This document shows positions 59,778 through 64,000 of a stretch of 64,000 nt of DNA, piece after piece. The notes beneath the pieces are model-generated. The model worked only from the letters and a program-made list of their open reading frames with translations. It was not told the DNA's origin and made no database searches. Source of the stretch: a virus (taxonomy: Duplodnaviria > Caudoviricetes); the IMG/VR virus record IMGVR_UViG_3300042922_001473; one strand, written 5' to 3'. Position numbers and translations under genes: made by a program. The first letter of the stretch is position 1. Every line of letters begins with the position of its first letter.

Positions 59778-60155
59778 TATTTTTTTCTTCTAAAGAAGTA
59801 GATACTGTTGGTTCAATATCTAAACCAACACGAAGACATTAACTTACACTTGGTATCACTCACATAAGCTTCAACAGCCAAAGAATAAAACAAATTCCGA
59901 AGAACTTAGTCTTAATTAATAAGTAACGAACTTCTTCAACACATGATTTCTGCCATAATCCAATAAAGTAATCTATATCGTCAACTGTAGCACGCCCATT
60001 CACGCAGACAATAGGCAAGGTAGCCCACTCCTTCAGGGGTGGGATGAATTGCCTCTTACTATAAACTCTGAAAAGAAAAAAGGGTAAGCATTTAATTTGA
60101 CAAATGCTGAAATTTATGTATAATAGAATATTGTATATTAAAATCATGAAAGGAG

Positions 60156-61673
60156 TTGAAATATATGCCTAAATCAAATACTAAATCTTTTATACTGGAA
60201 TTAAAATTAAATGCTGAAATATTTCAAATTCAAATTTTAAACAAAAGATTTGAGATTGCTCGCAAAATGTATAATTCAACTCTTTCGTATGCTTTAAAGC
60301 AACTAAAATTGATGCAAGAAAATAAAGAATATAAAGACGCTTTAAACAACTACATTGAAGCTAAGAAAAATAATGATAAATACAATATTAAGCTTCATTT
60401 GGAAACTTTAAATAATATTAGACTTTCATTTTGTTTATCTGATTATCATTTGCAGGAATATATAATTAAATCAAAAAGAAATTATGAAAGCCATATAGAT
60501 ATAAATACCTCCCAGAAAATTGCTTCTACAGTTTGGAAAGCAACTTCAGATGTTCTGTTTAAGAAAGGCAACAAAGTTCACTTTAAAAAATTTGGAGAGT
60601 TATTATCCATAGAAGGCAAATCAAATAAACAAGGTATTCGATTTAAAGATAATTTTCTAATGTGGAATGGTCTTAAAATTTCAGTTAAAATAAGAAACAA
60701 TGATATATTTGCTAAAGAAAGTCTTGAAAACCACAATATTAAATATTGCAGAATAATTAAAAAAATAATAGGTAACAAAGAAACCTTTTATTTGCAACTA
60801 ATATTGGAAGGAGTGCCTCCTGAAAAGAAAGTTAATTCTACTGGTGAATTAAGACATAAACTTTCAGAAAACAAAAGAGTTGGTATTGATTTAGGTACTT
60901 CCACAATTGCAATAGTTTCACAAGATATTGCGGAGTTAAAAGAACTTGCTCCAAATATAATGAAATATGAAAAAGAAATAAATATGTTATTAAGATATCT
61001 TGGCAGAAGCAAAAGGGCTACAAATCCATTTAACTATAATAAAGATGGTACTATAAAAAGAGATATTAAGCTAAAGTGGATAAGAAGTAAAAAATATATA
61101 AAAGCTTTGTTTAAATTAAAAAACCTATATAGACTGAAATCGCAATATATAAACAAAACTCATAATAAATTATGTAATTTTATTTTAAAATTGGGTGATG
61201 AAATTTATACAGAAGAAATGAATTTTAGAGCTTTAGCAAAACGTTCCAAGAAAACTGAAATTTCAGTTAAAACAGGTAATTTAAAAAAGAAAAAGCGTTT
61301 TGGCAAAAGTATATTAAATAAAGCCCCAAGCAAAGTATTAACAATATTAAATAGAAAACTAAACTATCAAGATAAAGAACTTATAAAAGTAAATACCAGA
61401 AAATATAGAGCAAGTCAATATAATCATGTAACAGATACCTATAAAAAGAAAAAATTAAGCCAACGATGGAATTATATAGATAATTGTAAAATTCAAAGAG
61501 ATTTGTATTCTGCGTTTTTACTAATGTGTGCAAAAGATAAAACAAAACCAGATAAGGCACTTTGCAATAAAGAATTTCATGAATTTAAAAAGAATCACAA
61601 TGAGTGTATAGAAAAAATTAAGTACAGTGATAATAAATTAATAAACAGTTTTGGAATAAAGAAAATAGCATAA
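60156..61673 (+). CDS. tnpB: large TnpB-family RNA-guided nuclease
   Basis: RuvC triad VGIDLG, IYTEEM, IQRDLYSAF. Confidence 0.85.
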   Translation: MKYMPKSNTKSFILELKLNAEIFQIQILNKRFEIARKMYNSTLSYALKQLKLMQENKEYKDALNNYIEAKKNNDKYNIKLHLETLNNIRLSFCLSDYHLQEYIIKSKRNYESHIDINTSQKIASTVWKATSDVLFKKGNKVHFKKFGELLSIEGKSNKQGIRFKDNFLMWNGLKISVKIRNNDIFAKESLENHNIKYCRIIKKIIGNKETFYLQLILEGVPPEKKVNSTGELRHKLSENKRVGIDLGTSTIAIVSQDIAELKELAPNIMKYEKEINMLLRYLGRSKRATNPFNYNKDGTIKRDIKLKWIRSKKYIKALFKLKNLYRLKSQYINKTHNKLCNFILKLGDEIYTEEMNFRALAKRSKKTEISVKTGNLKKKKRFGKSILNKAPSKVLTILNRKLNYQDKELIKVNTRKYRASQYNHVTDTYKKKKLSQRWNYIDNCKIQRDLYSAFLLMCAKDKTKPDKALCNKEFHEFKKNHNECIEKIKYSDNKLINSFGIKKIA

Positions 61674-61911
61674 TAAATAAAATAAAAAGGTTTAGCTACG
61701 AGCCTTAAATTAGCGTCAATATTTCAATAGAAATATAGTTAATAAAGTCTAATGGAAATTAAGATACTATAACAATGTTGTAAATTTAAAGAGAATATAA
61801 AAAAGAATATGCAATGCATATTCTAAATTATATTAACAATCTTAGATTGAGAGTGTTATTAAGCTTTTTAGTACATTAGAACACCACTCTTAAAGGAGTG
61901 GGAGTAGTCAG
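61674..61911 (+). ncRNA. putative omegaRNA/reRNA scaffold
   Basis: About 240-nt non-coding region between tnpB stop and the right end. Confidence 0.55.
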
Positions 61912-62041
61912 CAAATACCTGCCATGTTTAAAATTTCATATTTTTCAAATGTAGGGTTAAAAACACAGCCTCTTGAATTATCATTTTTATAGTTAGGGCA
62001 AGTTTCAGCAGTTTCTTTTGTATATTATTTATTATTCTCCT

Positions 62042-62305
62042 CTATTTATCAATTTTTAATTTATTTGACAAATACTCATATTTTTCTCTAACATTTATAT
62101 AATTTAAGATTTCATCATTCAATTCAACATTACTGTTTTCTTCTATAAAATAATCAGAAGGTAAATTATTATCGTAACTACTAATTGTGTTTAAGACTTC
62201 TATTGTAGGTAATAGATTGCCTACTTTAAGAAAAATTAATGTATCTTCATTAATGCTCAAATTCTCTGTTATTTCTTTTACTGTATGGTTGTTTATGTAA
62301 AGCAT
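62042..62305 (-). CDS. hypothetical protein (possible degenerate HTH)
   Basis: VKEITENLSI...GNLLPTIEVL. Confidence 0.45.
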   Translation of the reverse strand: MLYINNHTVKEITENLSINEDTLIFLKVGNLLPTIEVLNTISSYDNNLPSDYFIEENSNVELNDEILNYINVREKYEYLSNKLKIDK

Positions 62306-62372
62306 CAGACTTTCATTAAATTTACTTTTATTAAATACTTTAATACAAATTCCCTCCTTCTAAATTCAAATC

Positions 62373-62774
62373 TTAATCTTTCCATTTATGATTATAGGAT
62401 TTTCCACAATTAGTACAAAACTTTATTTTATTTCTTTCATTTATCATACCTTTGTAATATCCTAATTGGTGAATTGTGTCTTTTTTACAATCTATACAAT
62501 ACATTTTTTTTTCTTTAACACAAACATCTCCAAAATCAAAACAATTAAATACATTTATCTTTTTCATTGCCTTTTCTATTTTATACTGGGCATTATCAAC
62601 AATTCTATCCATTCTTTTATATTCCTCAAAAATAACAGAATTTAAATAATCTTGTATTTCTTCAGCATTTTTATCGCATTTTCTCTTCACGCTGTTTAAA
62701 TACATTTTATTGTATACTATACATAATAGTACAACACATAAAGGCAATACTCCTAACACAATAATATTCACCAT
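62373..62774 (-). CDS. membrane-anchored Zn-ribbon protein
   Basis: N-terminal TM; CIDC...H...CTNC. Confidence 0.65.
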   Translation of the reverse strand: MVNIIVLGVLPLCVVLLCIVYNKMYLNSVKRKCDKNAEEIQDYLNSVIFEEYKRMDRIVDNAQYKIEKAMKKINVFNCFDFGDVCVKEKKMYCIDCKKDTIHQLGYYKGMINERNKIKFCTNCGKSYNHKWKD

Positions 62775-62799
62775 ATCTTAATACTCCTTTTATCTAATA

Positions 62800-63153
62800 T
62801 TATAAAAAGCTATTTACTTCCTTCATTTCCACAACTTCTTCATCAGTAAAAAATATTTGATGATATCGACTATATATTTCTTCTACATTTTTCTTTTCAA
62901 CTATATTCCATATGATTGATAATACATTCGCTAATGGGTACATAACATGGTCTTTATCCATTATGTATCCATCTCTATTTATATCATACATTAAATATTC
63001 ACCGACAGAACATCGTAACCCAGACCTATTTGCCCACTTATATGTTATACCTTCATGCTCTACCCCATCGGTAGTTTTAAATATGGGATATACTTTTTGC
63101 AATTTGCTAACAGGAATTTCTTTCTCTTTTTTAGTTTTATTAAATAATTTCAT
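62800..63153 (-). CDS. hypothetical protein
   Basis: FKTTDGVEH...YPL.NV.SI. Confidence 0.7.
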   Translation of the reverse strand: MKLFNKTKKEKEIPVSKLQKVYPIFKTTDGVEHEGITYKWANRSGLRCSVGEYLMYDINRDGYIMDKDHVMYPLANVLSIIWNIVEKKNVEEIYSRYHQIFFTDEEVVEMKEVNSFL

Positions 63154-63217
63154 TGATAAATTGCTCCTTTAAATATTATCTTTATTTGTTAAAATCATTT
63201 GCTTTTATAATATAAAC

Positions 63218-63246
63218 ATTATACCATATTTTTTATATTTTGTAAA
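63218..63246 (-). promoter_or_regulatory. sigmaA promoter TTTACA-N17-TATAAT
   Basis: Exact spacing with TG extension. Confidence 0.75.
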
Positions 63247-63360
63247 TTATTTTATCACTTTTAAATAAAGGGTTTACATTTTTAAAAAAATTATTGTTTT
63301 TATATATTATAAACTAATTAATTTTTAGTTTTATAATTTAAAAGAAAGGAGGATTATAAT

Positions 63361-63765
63361 ATGCCAGAAATTTTATTAAGCCCACAACCACCTGTTGAAT
63401 ATGATGAAAATGATATAATTGCTATGGTAACTGACGGAGAACAGATATATGATGCATTGTCAGATGCAATATCAGAAATCGGTTTAGCTAAACTTACAAG
63501 TATGATTATACCTATAATAGCAGTAGATATTGAAAATAAAACAAGATTATTGGGTGACATTCAGACGATAAACACACTTTATTGGACTTATTCAATTGTT
63601 ATATCATTAGTTAAAACAGCTCTGCAAAAAGCTAATCTACAAGACAGAATAAATAGATTAGGACCTGGGGACACATTAAGAGTGACTACAAAGTATTATG
63701 AATATCAAAGTGCAAGTGGTAATGCTTGGACAAGACGTTGTGTAATTGAATTTGATGTAGGATAA
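63361..63765 (+). CDS. hypothetical protein
   Basis: AAGGAGG RBS; terminator-like hairpin downstream. Confidence 0.7.
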   Translation: MPEILLSPQPPVEYDENDIIAMVTDGEQIYDALSDAISEIGLAKLTSMIIPIIAVDIENKTRLLGDIQTINTLYWTYSIVISLVKTALQKANLQDRINRLGPGDTLRVTTKYYEYQSASGNAWTRRCVIEFDVG

Positions 63766-64000
63766 AAAGCAAAAGGGCTAATTTTTTAATTAGCTCTTCT
63801 CTTATTCGTTAAATATTGTCAGTATTTACATACAATTCTATTTGTGGTATTATAATTTAAATAGAAAAAATTATATAAAGAGGGGGAATAATAATATTGA
63901 ATGACGATAATGATTTTTTAAATCATTGGGATGAAGAACGAAAAAAAGGTAAACTTAAATATGTACTAAATGAAAATAAAGTATTTTTATTTATAAAATT

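Larger units (their letters stand above)
60005..61911 (+). mobile_element. IS200/IS605-family tnpB-only element 2
   Basis: Left-end hairpin CCCACTCC-ttca-GGGGTGGG, right-end hairpin ending GAGTAGTCAG; removal rejoins ...MAGI-CVNGRATVDD...; junction ambiguous by 1 nt either way. Confidence 0.8.

Noticed and set aside
59860-60147. 95-aa ORF as a real gene
   Set aside because: Chimera of antisense IS left-end sequence and the tail of the interrupted gene.
1-64000. Genome-wide stop-codon recoding
   Set aside because: Long ORFs are intact under code 11 and all three stops end genes; only one clean in-frame TGA case was found.

Overview
Very AT-rich DNA packed with short, mostly minus-strand ORFs, sigmaA-type promoters and intrinsic terminators. 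There are no rRNA, tRNA or CRISPR features, no housekeeping synteny and no virion or replication genes. It reads best as the accessory region of a large Clostridia-associated phage, prophage or megaplasmid (inference), partly decaying. Recognisable modules: (1) a Hen1 + ligase-only Pnkp + SpoT/Mesh1-like HD hydrolase operon, plus a separate DRB0094/Rnl5-type RNA ligase; (2) a J-domain/kinase-fold + vWA + substrate-divergent adenylosuccinate-synthetase-like operon; (3) a CoaB-like/class II aldolase fusion with a SAM methyltransferase; (4) host-like regulators SpoVG, AbrB-like, CheY-like and XRE; (5) one R-S-E ADP-ribosyltransferase and several ART-like candidates; (6) two tnpB-only IS200/IS605 elements whose ends and interrupted genes can be reconstructed. 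Non-coding structure: two ISL3-derived mini-cassettes with 8-bp target duplications that supply the RBS/ATG to different cargo genes, a candidate type I toxin-antitoxin locus, LexA boxes before a kinase and a tnpB, a recurring TTGAC-N4-GTCAA operator, and duplicated gene 3' ends flanking inserted genes. All family assignments come from motif recognition by eye, not from database searches.
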